Below the pieces are notes generated by a model. The model saw only the letters and a list, made by a program, of their open reading frames with translations, was not told the DNA's origin and ran no database searches. A stretch of DNA of 64,000 nucleotides from Patescibacteria group bacterium (GTDB lineage: Bacteria; Patescibacteriota; Minisyncoccia; Ryanbacterales; GWA2-47-10b). Position numbers and translations under genes: made by a program. How positions within the stretch are numbered: the first letter of the stretch is position 1; each line of letters opens with the position of its first letter. Where the stretch lies: assembly GCA_038064855.1 (NCBI GenBank), contig JBBTSE010000007.1, positions 151,699 to 215,698 of the forward strand, given 5' to 3'. Shown one piece after another: positions 28,137 to 38,201 of this stretch.

Positions 28137-28397
28137 CTAACCTTTGAGCTCTTTGATTTTAGCGATGAGCTTGTTCTTATCAAGTCCCCCTACCGCAAAC
28201 AATTCACCGTTGACGATGATGCCGGGTGACGACATGATGCCATACTCTCCCACAAGCTTTTGCCCTTCGGGCGTGAGCACATCAATATATTGGATATCGA
28301 CATCAGGAAATTGTGGGCGAATCTCACCCTCAAAGATTTTTTTGGCGGCCGCGCAATGCGTACAGCCCGGAGATGTTACCTCTACAATCTTGATCAT
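28137..28397 (-). CDS. thioredoxin/glutaredoxin-like protein
   Basis: 86 aa, CTHC active-site motif in a thioredoxin-fold context. Confidence 0.7.
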   Translation of the reverse strand: MIKIVEVTSPGCTHCAAAKKIFEGEIRPQFPDVDIQYIDVLTPEGQKLVGEYGIMSSPGIIVNGELFAVGGLDKNKLIAKIKELKG

Positions 28398-28401
28398 ATA
28401 T

Positions 28402-28779
28402 TTATTCTACCACAATGGTCCCCCCTATTTCAGGGAAAAGATGATCATGATATTTCCATTCACCTTGCTTCTTGAAGACAAACGACCATGATTCCCCTGG
28501 GCGTACTGATTTTTTGGGATCAAACTCACTATAAATCTCATGGGTAGGATGAATATTGGACGCGGGCCAATATGCTTCTTTTGAATCTTTATTGATAAAT
28601 GTCACGCGCTCACCCACGGGGACGCGTAAATTTTTAGGCGTATAGATTTTATCTTTCATAACAATTTCGGTACCGCCACCGATCGATATACTACTGCCTG
28701 CCGGCCAGTAAACAACAGCGCCGAATACCGCAAGACCTACCGCGATCGCCACTATCATAATTTTTGTATTTTGATCCAT
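28402..28779 (-). CDS. membrane-anchored extracytoplasmic protein, possibly cupredoxin-like fold (no Cu ligand Cys)
   Basis: Start trimmed to MDQNTK (2 nt after the upstream stop); TM anchor; beta-rich C-terminus with conserved His. Confidence 0.3.
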   Translation of the reverse strand: MDQNTKIMIVAIAVGLAVFGAVVYWPAGSSISIGGGTEIVMKDKIYTPKNLRVPVGERVTFINKDSKEAYWPASNIHPTHEIYSEFDPKKSVRPGESWSFVFKKQGEWKYHDHLFPEIGGTIVVE

Positions 28780-28780
28780 A

Positions 28781-30649
28781 TTATTCTTGAAGTACCAGCA
28801 TACCGCCCGAAACCTCATAAGCTACGCGCGTACCATTGGGCACCATGGAGATAAAAATACCACCCGGATAGCGCGCCCGCAATACATATTCGTGCTTATC
28901 CCAAATATTTTTATTCATAAAAAGAGTAAAGGGTGCCTGCAGCTGCTCATAGGGAAGCGTATCGGGCGAGATAAGCCCTGAATGCTGGTCATCGCGTACA
29001 AAAGTCTTGAGCCACCCTTGCCACTGGCTCTCGACACCCCAAGTGTAATACGGATTTTGAGAATCTGCTGCGAGATAAAAAGCGTATCCGGGCATTTTTG
29101 CTCGAGCTTCGGTATATCGCGCAGTAGCACCGAGCGCATCACCATCACGCAAACCCTTCGTCACAAAATCAGAAAAAATAGAAAGGTTCCAAACAACAAT
29201 ACTGATAGTACCGACTATGACGAGTGCACTGGAAAGCGGTAAAGAAAACCGCGTAAACTTTTTTATAATACTATTTGCAATACTGCCTAGTGCGTAGAGT
29301 GCCTCGACCGCAAGAAAAGCGACAAATGGTAAGGTGGAGAGTAAACGATTGTAGTGTGGATTTTTATTGAAAAAGAAACTAAGCACGAGCCATAAAACGA
29401 TAAAGGATCCAGCTAAAAACAAATGGAACTCCATCTGCTCACCCCTGCGCGCCCAGCGCATCAAAACTGCGATAAGTCCTATCCAAATTAAAATACCAGT
29501 GAGTGGATCGACAAATCCGTGTCCGTAGTTTGGATACACATAATTATGATCGTGGAGATTGTTGTTAAACATCGTGAGGCCTTGCATCGTGTTGATCCGT
29601 AGGCCGTCGGCGATACTCGCTGCACCCACCCATGCTTGTTGCTCCAATTGAGCTTGTTGAGAAAATAGAAATTTGTTACTGACATCGGTCAGTTCAGTCT
29701 CTTGGGTAGCGAGTAGAGAGAGAACGAGTGGAGAGACAACAAGAAAGGCGCCCAAGATAGTAATAGCAATCGCCGAACATATATCAAGCCAGTGGTATTT
29801 CTTTTCGAGAAAGATACCGAGACCGACAAGAAACATCATCCAGAGCGGGATAATAATACGTGCTGGCAAATATACATAAAATGAAAATCCCGCTGCCAGG
29901 GCGCCTATAAAGAGTAAAAACCAATTTTTGCGCATGAGGCCGAACCCCAAGAATGTGAAGGCGACAACCTCAACACAGAGCGCTGAATTGTCACGCATTG
30001 CCATCCTGCTGACCGCCATAAGCGCGTGATTAAACCCTACGATGATGGCGCCCGAAAACGGTAGAAGATACGCCATGGCGGAACGTGAAGCATCGATCGA
30101 AAGAGCAGCGAGTCGTAGAAGAAAATAGCTAAAAACAATGATAACAAGCGCGAAAGAGGCGTGCACGACGCGCGAGTGATAGAGATCGATCCCACCCAGA
30201 CTATCAGCAAGTCCTCCGAAAACAGTAAAAATCAGCGCTGGATAGCGAAAGTAGTTTGTAATCCCAAAAGGATTATATGCGGGATCATGTGTCGACTCTT
30301 TGACAAAATGCATGATCGTCGGCTCGTCCGTGTTGAGTTGAAATGGAATATAGTAAAGCGCTGAAAAATAGACGGGAATAAAAACAAGCAACAATGCAAA
30401 AATGGCGTATACGTCATAGCGCGTTAGCCCTAACTGCCAACTAGTTTTTTTGTTTGTCAGAAACAAAAAGGTCCCCGCCCCTAAAACAAGCGACGCTATC
30501 CACCACATCAACGTGCCTGAGTGATATCCGCTCTCATTATAACTAGAGAGTGCTTGCGTATTGGCGAGTATAGCTCCCACCAATACTACGAGAGCTAATG
30601 CAAACCGGTTGCGTATCAGACTAACGAGCATAGGCCATGCACTGCTCAC
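28781..30649 (-). CDS. GT-C fold membrane glycosyltransferase (PMT/ArnT/GT39-like)
   Basis: 622 aa, more than 10 TM helices, DEP motif in the first extracytoplasmic loop. Confidence 0.55.
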   Translation of the reverse strand: MSSAWPMLVSLIRNRFALALVVLVGAILANTQALSSYNESGYHSGTLMWWIASLVLGAGTFLFLTNKKTSWQLGLTRYDVYAIFALLLVFIPVYFSALYYIPFQLNTDEPTIMHFVKESTHDPAYNPFGITNYFRYPALIFTVFGGLADSLGGIDLYHSRVVHASFALVIIVFSYFLLRLAALSIDASRSAMAYLLPFSGAIIVGFNHALMAVSRMAMRDNSALCVEVVAFTFLGFGLMRKNWFLLFIGALAAGFSFYVYLPARIIIPLWMMFLVGLGIFLEKKYHWLDICSAIAITILGAFLVVSPLVLSLLATQETELTDVSNKFLFSQQAQLEQQAWVGAASIADGLRINTMQGLTMFNNNLHDHNYVYPNYGHGFVDPLTGILIWIGLIAVLMRWARRGEQMEFHLFLAGSFIVLWLVLSFFFNKNPHYNRLLSTLPFVAFLAVEALYALGSIANSIIKKFTRFSLPLSSALVIVGTISIVVWNLSIFSDFVTKGLRDGDALGATARYTEARAKMPGYAFYLAADSQNPYYTWGVESQWQGWLKTFVRDDQHSGLISPDTLPYEQLQAPFTLFMNKNIWDKHEYVLRARYPGGIFISMVPNGTRVAYEVSGGMLVLQE

Positions 30650-31781
30650 GATATGCCGGTTCGGCTTTTTGACAAAAAGTGCCTATCGCCTCTTTCGATC
30701 CGAGCACTTCCGGCGCGCGACCCAAAATAACATTATAACAAGCATCTTTCTCCCCTTTGTCACTCAACAGCTTACAAAAACCGAGCGCGATGTCTTGCCC
30801 TGATGGATCCCAAAATGTATCTTGCGCCGCACCAATCAGACAGCCGATGCGCATATCACCCTTGGGTGCATGACTGCATTGTGCGATGGCTGACGCAGCA
30901 CTCCCACGATGCACACCGCCTACATCGCGCCCCATACTCTCAAAGCACGATCGCTGATATGTTTGGGGCGCCTTACTGCATGCGTCAGCTATCTTTTTAA
31001 AATCACCCATGAACAGTTGCATCATGCGGCTCGTCTGCAAAAAGTAACAAGATGATTTGTATTGTTCGCCGAGATTTGGATCATTGCATGGGTACAGCGG
31101 ATCATCACTTAAAAACTTCGATGTATGTCCCTCGATAGCACCGAGCCCGCCTACGATATTTTCCATAAACACGCCTGTCCAGCATGACGATTGACCGCGG
31201 TCAAGAAGATCGCAATTTTTTACCGCGTCGAGAACCTCGTAGTTTGACCATGCCAACAAACCGTGCCCGATACCGTGCAAACACTGATGACTGAAAAACG
31301 AATTGAGTTCTGACGAACAGATAGTCTGCAAGTCTTTTTGAAGATTCGCAGTACCATGATCGCGAAAATATGCCTCGGTCGCACCGTGATAACAGCCCGA
31401 ATGGCACTCAGAGCTACATTCTTTAAATGCTTTAGCATCTAAAAGATCGTACGAAAAACGCCCCGCCTCGTGCGCTGTCTGATGACAATCGCCAAACTTT
31501 GCTGAAAGCTCATGGAGGTGCGTTATAGTGCGCTTGGGACCAAATTTTTTCACATACGAATAGAGCGCGGCGTCATCATTCCATATAGCTTCGTCCGCCT
31601 CCGCAATAGCTTCGTTGTATGTGTACTCAACTTTTTTCTTTGAAACAGGTACATTGATATCACTCGAAGCCCCTTTCCAGTAGGTGGCGGCAAAATATCC
31701 GACAATTGCCGCAGTCACAATAAAAAATGCTGCGCGCCACCTCTGATCTCCCGACGATGTATTTTTTTCTTTTTTACTCAT
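30621..31781 (-). CDS. Cys/His-rich membrane-anchored extracytoplasmic protein, paralog A
   Basis: Start MSKKEK overlaps the paralog B stop (ATGA); N-terminal TM; motifs C-x-HG, CLHGIGHG, CWTGVFMEN, DPLYPCN. Confidence 0.5.
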   Translation of the reverse strand: MSKKEKNTSSGDQRWRAAFFIVTAAIVGYFAATYWKGASSDINVPVSKKKVEYTYNEAIAEADEAIWNDDAALYSYVKKFGPKRTITHLHELSAKFGDCHQTAHEAGRFSYDLLDAKAFKECSSECHSGCYHGATEAYFRDHGTANLQKDLQTICSSELNSFFSHQCLHGIGHGLLAWSNYEVLDAVKNCDLLDRGQSSCWTGVFMENIVGGLGAIEGHTSKFLSDDPLYPCNDPNLGEQYKSSCYFLQTSRMMQLFMGDFKKIADACSKAPQTYQRSCFESMGRDVGGVHRGSAASAIAQCSHAPKGDMRIGCLIGAAQDTFWDPSGQDIALGFCKLLSDKGEKDACYNVILGRAPEVLGSKEAIGTFCQKAEPAYREQCMAYAR

Positions 31782-33004
31782 TGGTGTATTCCTGCGCCAT
31801 TCAAGCATATTTGTTGGTATGCCGGTGGGGCCGTATTCAAACAAATAGTACGAATAATGTCTTGATCGGTCGTTTGCTGTGTTAGGTTGCGCCCAAACAC
31901 ACGCCAGCAGTCATCGGCAAGATCAGCGGGTGCGCGTTTGCAAAACGCGCCCGCACGCGCGCCTTTGAGCTCATCGAAGTTCACGATATTATCAACGGCA
32001 CCAATCATGCATTCACGACGCAGCTGTATGGGGAACATCTTGCAAATTGCCCAGCTGGCATCTTCAAAACTTTTTGCGCCAGCATTCGAGAGGAGCGCTG
32101 GTTGCCACGATGGATTGGTCACCATCAGACCGATACTCTGCGCACACGCGCTTTGATTTGCCTCGGGCGCTTTGAGGCATGCCGCTGACGCCTTGGCAGT
32201 ATCATTTGAGAAGAAGCGCATGAGCCAACCTGCATGATTGATAAAACATTCGTGGCGATATTTTTCTTCAACTTTATTACATGGAGCGAGTGGATCGGTC
32301 TCTGAAAACACATTAGATTTTGACTCACCTTTCATGCCGGCGTTTACATTTTCCATAAACGCACCTTGCCAACAACCATCTTGCGCGGTTGCGTCCACCA
32401 GCGTGTCGCACTCTCTGACTGATTCAAAAATATCGTTGGCACGAGCCATCATCACACCGTGACCTACACCATGATAGCAATAAAAACGAGACTTGGGTGG
32501 CTTGGACCCGTCGATAGATTCACAGATAAGTGTCGCGGCATCTTTGGTGGTATCCGTATGACCGAGGACGTACTCAAAAAAACCGTGTTGGCAACCATAG
32601 TTAAAGCTCGTACCACACAGATCAAACGCCTGCGGATTCACACCAAACATCTCTGCGGTCTTGCGACCAATACGGTGCGCAAGCTGGTGATCGTCGAGTG
32701 AACGCGTAATTTTACCCGTCTCCTGATAACGCGCGAGCAATAAGAGCGCGGGCTCGGGCCCATATTCCTGCGTAATATCAGAAAAATAATCATCAAAGCA
32801 ATTAAGATCGATGCAATCAGTGTCTTTGGCATGCATCAAATCATCGAGCGATCCGTAAGATTTTGGCTGGGTAAAATCGCGCGAGAGTTTATGATCTTTT
32901 TCTGATGACGATTGTGAGGAATAGGAAAAAATCAAAAAAGCCCCGCCTACCAGCAACAAAAGTAGAACGACCCTCCCCTGCCATGACTCAAAAAAGCTTT
33001 GCAT
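31778..33004 (-). CDS. Cys/His-rich membrane-anchored extracytoplasmic protein, paralog B
   Basis: 408 aa; motifs CQHG, CYHGVGHG, CWQGAFMEN, DPLAPCN collinear with paralog A. Confidence 0.5.
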   Translation of the reverse strand: MQSFFESWQGRVVLLLLLVGGAFLIFSYSSQSSSEKDHKLSRDFTQPKSYGSLDDLMHAKDTDCIDLNCFDDYFSDITQEYGPEPALLLLARYQETGKITRSLDDHQLAHRIGRKTAEMFGVNPQAFDLCGTSFNYGCQHGFFEYVLGHTDTTKDAATLICESIDGSKPPKSRFYCYHGVGHGVMMARANDIFESVRECDTLVDATAQDGCWQGAFMENVNAGMKGESKSNVFSETDPLAPCNKVEEKYRHECFINHAGWLMRFFSNDTAKASAACLKAPEANQSACAQSIGLMVTNPSWQPALLSNAGAKSFEDASWAICKMFPIQLRRECMIGAVDNIVNFDELKGARAGAFCKRAPADLADDCWRVFGRNLTQQTTDQDIIRTICLNTAPPAYQQICLNGAGIHQ

Positions 33005-33016
33005 AATATGTCGCTT

Positions 33017-33955
33017 CTATAACATTTTCTTAAAAGCCTCTACTGCAGGCACCGCGTCAGGATCGTGATTCATAAGTATGGCCGTATGATATCCAGTCCA
33101 ATCACCAAGGGTGAGCGCGCTTTGCGTGATAGCAACGCGTGAAGTGCCTTCGAGTGTCACGACCTCTACCGGCCACCCTTTGCTCAATAATATTTTTTCG
33201 AGCACTTCCATGCGACGCGCGACGCGCGGATGGTCTTCGGCGTCTCGCAAAATAACAAACGCAAATGCGTTACCGGCAAATACATTATCAAAAGCGTTTA
33301 TTTCATTGTGATTTTGCTCGGGAATAGTATTGGCAAACGCGGGTATTTTTGCTGTTTCATTGAAAACAATTTTCCAATTGTATCCGATCGCGCGATTGCG
33401 CTCTGATGTATAGATGATCGGTACCTTGCCGTGTACACGGGATGCAAGGCGTTTGCCCGCTTCCTCAATACTTCTCGGATCCCATTTTTTTGCAAACGCA
33501 GTAAGCTCTGCGGCCTCGCGATCACGCCCCATGAGTGCCAAGAGTGCCTGTATGCTATATCCTCGCGCAGCGCGGGGTTGGATGTTTGTCGCGGGTATTC
33601 GCACCAGAGGCGTCTCTTCAGCTTCAGCCAAACGCGCAAGCTCGCCACCAGTAGCAACCGCCGCTGCTGGCAACTTTTCTTTTCGCGCTATGCGAAACGC
33701 GTCGATCACCTCTTCGGTATTTCCCGAATACGAGCTCGCGATGACAAGCGCGCCTTGTGTATTAAATGGCAAGCCATAGTCACGATGCGCGACTACCTTT
33801 ATCTCGGGCCAAATAGCTGGTATGAGATCTGCCGCAAGCGCGGAACCGCCCATGCCCGCCACGATCGTATAGTGAAGCTTAGAAAAATCAGCGGGTCGCT
33901 CGATCTCTGGCTTCCACAAAAGCTGTTCAGCTGCATTTGCTATGGCATCATACAT
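33017..33955 (-). CDS. bifunctional phosphoglucose/phosphomannose isomerase (SIS domain)
   Basis: GMGGSALAADL and SYSGNTEE SIS motifs; PGI/PMI family architecture. Confidence 0.8.
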   Translation of the reverse strand: MYDAIANAAEQLLWKPEIERPADFSKLHYTIVAGMGGSALAADLIPAIWPEIKVVAHRDYGLPFNTQGALVIASSYSGNTEEVIDAFRIARKEKLPAAAVATGGELARLAEAEETPLVRIPATNIQPRAARGYSIQALLALMGRDREAAELTAFAKKWDPRSIEEAGKRLASRVHGKVPIIYTSERNRAIGYNWKIVFNETAKIPAFANTIPEQNHNEINAFDNVFAGNAFAFVILRDAEDHPRVARRMEVLEKILLSKGWPVEVVTLEGTSRVAITQSALTLGDWTGYHTAILMNHDPDAVPAVEAFKKML

Positions 33956-34005
33956 TAGTTGCAGTATACCCTGTACATCCAGTATTTGAAAAGAAAAAAG
34001 CGCCG

Positions 34006-34503
34006 TCAGGCTTCTGTATACTCGCGGTATACGAGAACCTGCAACGGCGCGATAGTGATGAGTGTACCACCCTCAACGGGGTGAAATGAGATTATCGGTG
34101 GACCCACAATCCGCACGACAATCGGCGTATAGCTGGGCAAGGCATGCCCAACGAAGAGCGCGACGACAGTTTTCTGTTCGAGATCCTCTCGAAACAGATC
34201 CTCGACTCCGTGCCATTGGTGCTGGTAGATAGCGCCCGGCAGCGACAGATCGGTGTCGCGCTCCTGGCACATGATCGCCGTATGGTCTTCGTCATTGCCG
34301 TAGTGATAGCGCACCTTGGTGGTAACGAACTTTGTCGAGTGCGTGCCGAGCACATCAGTGAGCACACGAGTCAGCATGGCCGAGAGCGCTTCGTGCTCGG
34401 TCGGCGTAAGCTGATCTACCGCAAGGATGAGTGGTTTGGGATCGGCACGGGCGATGCCGGCAGACACGCACAAGAAGAGCGCTACCATAATGATGCGATG
34501 CAT
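34006..34503 (-). CDS. GC-rich ORFan, secreted protein (signal peptide)
   Basis: 165 aa; MHRIIMVALFLCVSAGIARA signal; ~55% GC; SD AACCAAGGAGGTTCGAAG before the ATG. Confidence 0.4.
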   Translation of the reverse strand: MHRIIMVALFLCVSAGIARADPKPLILAVDQLTPTEHEALSAMLTRVLTDVLGTHSTKFVTTKVRYHYGNDEDHTAIMCQERDTDLSLPGAIYQHQWHGVEDLFREDLEQKTVVALFVGHALPSYTPIVVRIVGPPIISFHPVEGGTLITIAPLQVLVYREYTEA

Positions 34504-34574
34504 CTTCGAACCTCCTTGGTTGAGTGATGAACTCCTAAGGTCAGGCTACTCCAGCGTCAATATGAAGTCAAAAA

Positions 34575-35021
34575 TTATCCAAACCATTTGATCTTGTGAA
34601 CACTATCAAGCCCCCACACACGCCCCGCACGAACTGCGGCAAAAAAGACAAGCACGAGCGCATAGATAATATGATCGTCTACAATATAGGAATATTCGCC
34701 CACCATCGGAAACGATAGGATGGGAAAATAGTAGAGCAACATCAGTACCGCGCCAAGTATCGAGCTCAAGCGCACGCCAAGCCCTACAATGAGCGAGATA
34801 CCGAGTAGCGTCAGGCCCCACGCGTTGATGAAATTGACTACAGGCAAGGCGGATGAATTTAAAATCCATTCGTAAAATCCGCCAAAGGTTTTAGCGTCCT
34901 TCAGATAAAAAGCCGCCGACCAATCAGGATTCATGACCTTAGTGATACCCGCGTAGAACATCAACCAACCGAGCGATACTCGCGTCAGGGTCAGTGTGAG
35001 CTTTGAAAAAAGTGTATCCAT
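34575..35021 (-). CDS. DoxX family membrane protein
   Basis: 148 aa, 4 TM, DoxX-like sequence. Confidence 0.7.
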   Translation of the reverse strand: MDTLFSKLTLTLTRVSLGWLMFYAGITKVMNPDWSAAFYLKDAKTFGGFYEWILNSSALPVVNFINAWGLTLLGISLIVGLGVRLSSILGAVLMLLYYFPILSFPMVGEYSYIVDDHIIYALVLVFFAAVRAGRVWGLDSVHKIKWFG

Positions 35022-35030
35022 AGTGTTTTA

Positions 35031-35414
35031 TTATTTACCTTGTAAAAACGCTCCGCGCACCGACTTGATGCTAAAATAAAGCGCGAAGAAAAAAATGACC
35101 GCAAGCCCCTGCGTGATCCAAAAGAGTGGTTCGGTTTGTGTCTCGTAGCCCGTCACCGCATGATATTCAAAAACAGTCGCGGCTATCAGAGAGATACCGA
35201 GATCAAGTTTCATAACCCATGCTTGGCGTGGATTGGTCAGACCGGCGGCAACATCGATGATGACGATGGCAAGTACCATTATAAAACTTGGCACCGACAA
35301 AATGTATTTGTAAAACGGCAATGTAAGCACCATGATCACGCCTCCTGCGATAAAGAGCTGTCGCACCACATCGCCATAGTAATGCCCCGCGTATTTGTTA
35401 AATCCGTTGGCCAT
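35031..35414 (-). CDS. small integral membrane protein
   Basis: 127 aa, 3-4 hydrophobic helices. Confidence 0.4.
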   Translation of the reverse strand: MANGFNKYAGHYYGDVVRQLFIAGGVIMVLTLPFYKYILSVPSFIMVLAIVIIDVAAGLTNPRQAWVMKLDLGISLIAATVFEYHAVTGYETQTEPLFWITQGLAVIFFFALYFSIKSVRGAFLQGK

Positions 35415-35415
35415 A

Positions 35416-36543
35416 TTAGGGTGTACCTCCTAGCTTCTTTGACCAGATGCTGATACCGTTTGGTTCTTTTCCTGCGGGGATTCTGCCTACTTCGGCATCG
35501 GTCGCCGTATCAATGATGCTGACATCGTCACTCTTGAGGTTGGTGATATATACAAACCTGCTGTCTTTAGAAACTACTACGCCATGTGGCGCATCGCCTG
35601 TTTTAATTTCTTTTACTATTTGCCCTGTTGATACATCAATTTTATAGACAATATTATTTTGCGGCTGGCCAAAGTAATATCCTTGATCAGCAAGATATAC
35701 AAAGCGTGAGTCGGGCGTTGGGTACATCTGGATTGGCCCTTTAGCACTCGGGGGAAGATCCACCATCACTGTTAATTTGGTGTCGGGGCGATACATGGCG
35801 AGCTGTTTACTATCGTAGAGTGAGACGAACACCGTCTTGCCGTCAGGTGTCACGCCTACTTGCACTGCCTGACCGGACAAAGCTACTTGCGTCAAAGTAT
35901 TGGTCGCAAGATCAAGCATACCAAGCGCCTTGCCTGTCAAAAGTGCTATATAGAGCGTCTGGCCGTCCGGAGAAATGCGCATGCCGTGTGGCTGGCTTGC
36001 GGAGGGTGCAGGGATTTTCTTTTCTATCTCGTAGGTCTTGGCGTTTATCTTGTAGATAATGCCAACTTTTTGTGCTGTTGCATACGCGTATGATCCATCA
36101 GCGGTAATAACTACATGCGCGCCCTGTACACCCTTGTCGAGCGGGATGCGTTTGAGGATACGATCGGTGAGCGGATTGATGACAATAACTTCATCAGGAT
36201 TAGAACCTTCCCCGGCTTCGCCGTGGGCAAGAGCTGCAGGTATCATGCCGCCACTATGACCCTCGTGCTTGCCACTGTTTGCAGTCACCCAAACACTTTT
36301 GCCATTGGGTGCAACTTGTATGTTGTGCGGGAAAAATTTGACCGTACCGCCATCATGCTCGATCGTCAGATCGATAGATTTTATGACAGATTTTTTTGCG
36401 GGATTGATGACGACAATCTTGCCATCGCCTTCTGCCGCTACATATATTTTTTCAGCGGGGGCAAAAATGCCCTGCTCGCGCAGCACAACAAACCCAATAA
36501 TCAAAACGACCACGATGCCGATGATAACGAGTGGATTTTTCAT
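35416..36543 (-). CDS. secreted YVTN-type beta-propeller repeat protein
   Basis: N-terminal TM/signal; repeated ...DG..VYV.N.......VID... units. Confidence 0.6.
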   Translation of the reverse strand: MKNPLVIIGIVVVLIIGFVVLREQGIFAPAEKIYVAAEGDGKIVVINPAKKSVIKSIDLTIEHDGGTVKFFPHNIQVAPNGKSVWVTANSGKHEGHSGGMIPAALAHGEAGEGSNPDEVIVINPLTDRILKRIPLDKGVQGAHVVITADGSYAYATAQKVGIIYKINAKTYEIEKKIPAPSASQPHGMRISPDGQTLYIALLTGKALGMLDLATNTLTQVALSGQAVQVGVTPDGKTVFVSLYDSKQLAMYRPDTKLTVMVDLPPSAKGPIQMYPTPDSRFVYLADQGYYFGQPQNNIVYKIDVSTGQIVKEIKTGDAPHGVVVSKDSRFVYITNLKSDDVSIIDTATDAEVGRIPAGKEPNGISIWSKKLGGTP

Positions 36544-36564
36544 ATTTTTAGTATACTACACCTG

Positions 36565-36596
36565 CAAAAAGAAAACCCACAAAGCTGTGGGTTTTG
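36565..36596 (-). terminator. terminator after tRNA-Ser
   Basis: AAAACCCACA-AAGC-TGTGGGTTTT hairpin followed by a T-run on the minus strand. Confidence 0.5.
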
Positions 36597-36604
36597 TTTT
36601 AATG

Positions 36605-36692
36605 CGGAGAGGGTGAGATTCGAACTCACGATACGGTTGCCCGTATTCCGGTTTTCAAGACCGGTGCTTTCAACCACTCAGCCACCTCTCCT
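36605..36692 (-). tRNA. tRNA-Ser (anticodon TGA)
   Basis: GGAGAGGTGGCTGAGTGGTTGAAAGC..., anticodon loop CTTGAAA, long variable arm, T-arm GTTCGAATC. Confidence 0.85.
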
Positions 36693-36805
36693 TGTTTGGT
36701 TGTGAATGCTAGCGTATCAAATTTTTTGATTTTCGTCCAAAAAGTATTTGAGGCGCCTTCGGTGAATCCGAAGGCGCCTCATGTGTTGTGCTGCGTGATG
36801 CAGCG

Positions 36806-37204
36806 TCAGTGTCGCGTGACCTCGTAGGTCTTGCGGCGGGTTAGGAACTCTCGATCGCCCGGCAACTCGCCGAGCAGGCGGAGACGCCGGCCGGCACCTC
36901 CGGTCACGGTGCCCATAATCTCGCGCTGGCCATGACGGAAGCTGGTCGTAGCACCGCGTGGGAAGGCCGCACATGCCGGCATGGGCTCACCGCGCATACG
37001 CGTGGAACGCCCGTCAATCATGTCGAGTGCGATGTTGCGGCGAGGATCCTCGCCACGCTTGCCGTCACCGTCGGGATCGTGATCGGTGTTGGACTGGTGA
37101 TCGCCAAGGTCCGGCTCGTCGAGCTCCTCACGCGCGATGTGACAAGCGATCGCCAAAGCGATCATGATGCCGATGACGGCGACTGCGAGACCGATGATGT
37201 CCAT
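36806..37204 (-). CDS. GC-rich ORFan, membrane-anchored acidic protein
   Basis: ~62% GC; start MDIIGLAVAV with AGGAAGGTGA SD; N-terminal TM then D/E-rich region. Confidence 0.4.
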   Translation of the reverse strand: MDIIGLAVAVIGIMIALAIACHIAREELDEPDLGDHQSNTDHDPDGDGKRGEDPRRNIALDMIDGRSTRMRGEPMPACAAFPRGATTSFRHGQREIMGTVTGGAGRRLRLLGELPGDREFLTRRKTYEVTRH

Positions 37205-37239
37205 CTTGCTCACCTTCCTGTCTCCTGTCTTGTTGAGGC

Positions 37240-37257
37240 TTGGCATATATATGCCAA
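37240..37257. promoter_or_regulatory. perfect 18-bp palindrome TTGGCATATATATGCCAA upstream of the GC-rich ORF
   Basis: Self-complementary sequence ~35 bp upstream of the 37204 start; candidate operator. Confidence 0.4.
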
Positions 37258-37308
37258 ACTCGTTGTACGCTGAAAACAAAGTACTACACTATATAGTATT
37301 TGTCAATG

Positions 37309-38028
37309 CTACCCCCAAATCACATACGCAAGCGCAAGCGTACTAACGATAATCACAAAACCTACAAGCGTGCCGAATGATCGAAATCGTTTTTTGCTCA
37401 CTACTTTGAAAAACCAAAAAACCTGACCAAATAAAGCGGCTGCAGTAAGGCCAATCAAAAGATACCCTGCAAGATTATTAAGTATATCTTCTGGCGCCAT
37501 CAATAGAAAATGAAAAATAGCAGATACATACGCAATATATACAAACCTGTGGAGTGTCTTCCACACCTTAGGTGTCAGCTTTTGCATCGCCCAATCGGTC
37601 GAGGTTATCGCCATCAAAAATAAAATAACATACGCAATAGATCCAAAAATAATGGGGTTTACGAGTGGATTGAGTGAAAAATAAACAAGCGCGAGATCGT
37701 AGTTAAAATACAGCTTCATCGCCACCTGCACATGTAAAAAAATCAGCACAAATCCACTCACTCCCAAATACCGACGATATCGCCAATACTGTGCGAGGCG
37801 TGGTACCCAACGAAAAAGCGCGCTTGAGAAAAGTGCGGCGCTGATAAGTGTCGCTCCCGCAAATGAAAAACTACGAACGAGAGACTCGACTATTTGTCCT
37901 GCTGATGCCCAATAGTATTGAAACAAAAACTGGGCAAGCCAAAAGAAGAAAACGCCGAGAGAAAAAAGTGCGAGCGTGCGTCGCTGCTTTTTCTTTATTG
38001 CGCGCTGCATCTCTATGATATCTGTCAT
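37309..38028 (-). CDS. ferric-reductase-like transmembrane protein of the MsrQ/YedZ family
   Basis: AITSTDWAMQKLTPKVWKTLHRFVYIAYV aligns with E. coli YedZ [28 protein letters not shown]; conserved His; start trimmed to MTDIIEM. Confidence 0.7.
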   Translation of the reverse strand: MTDIIEMQRAIKKKQRRTLALFSLGVFFFWLAQFLFQYYWASAGQIVESLVRSFSFAGATLISAALFSSALFRWVPRLAQYWRYRRYLGVSGFVLIFLHVQVAMKLYFNYDLALVYFSLNPLVNPIIFGSIAYVILFLMAITSTDWAMQKLTPKVWKTLHRFVYIAYVSAIFHFLLMAPEDILNNLAGYLLIGLTAAALFGQVFWFFKVVSKKRFRSFGTLVGFVIIVSTLALAYVIWG

Positions 38029-38030
38029 TG

Positions 38031-38101
38031 CGGGAGTGCTAGGATTCGAACCTAGATAGCTGGTTTTGGAGACCAGAGTCCTGCCATTGGACGACACTCC
38101 C
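38031..38101 (-). tRNA. tRNA-Trp (anticodon CCA)
   Basis: GGGAGTGTCGTCCAATGGCAGGAC..., anticodon loop CTCCAAA, T-arm GGTTCGAATCC. Confidence 0.85.
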
Positions 38102-38201
38102 AAATTTGTATTGCCCCCACTCGACACCAAGTATAGAGGGAACACCTCTCTATGAAAAGTCCCGCGCCGCGATGAACGCGGAGCGGGTTTTGGATGCCAG
38201 T

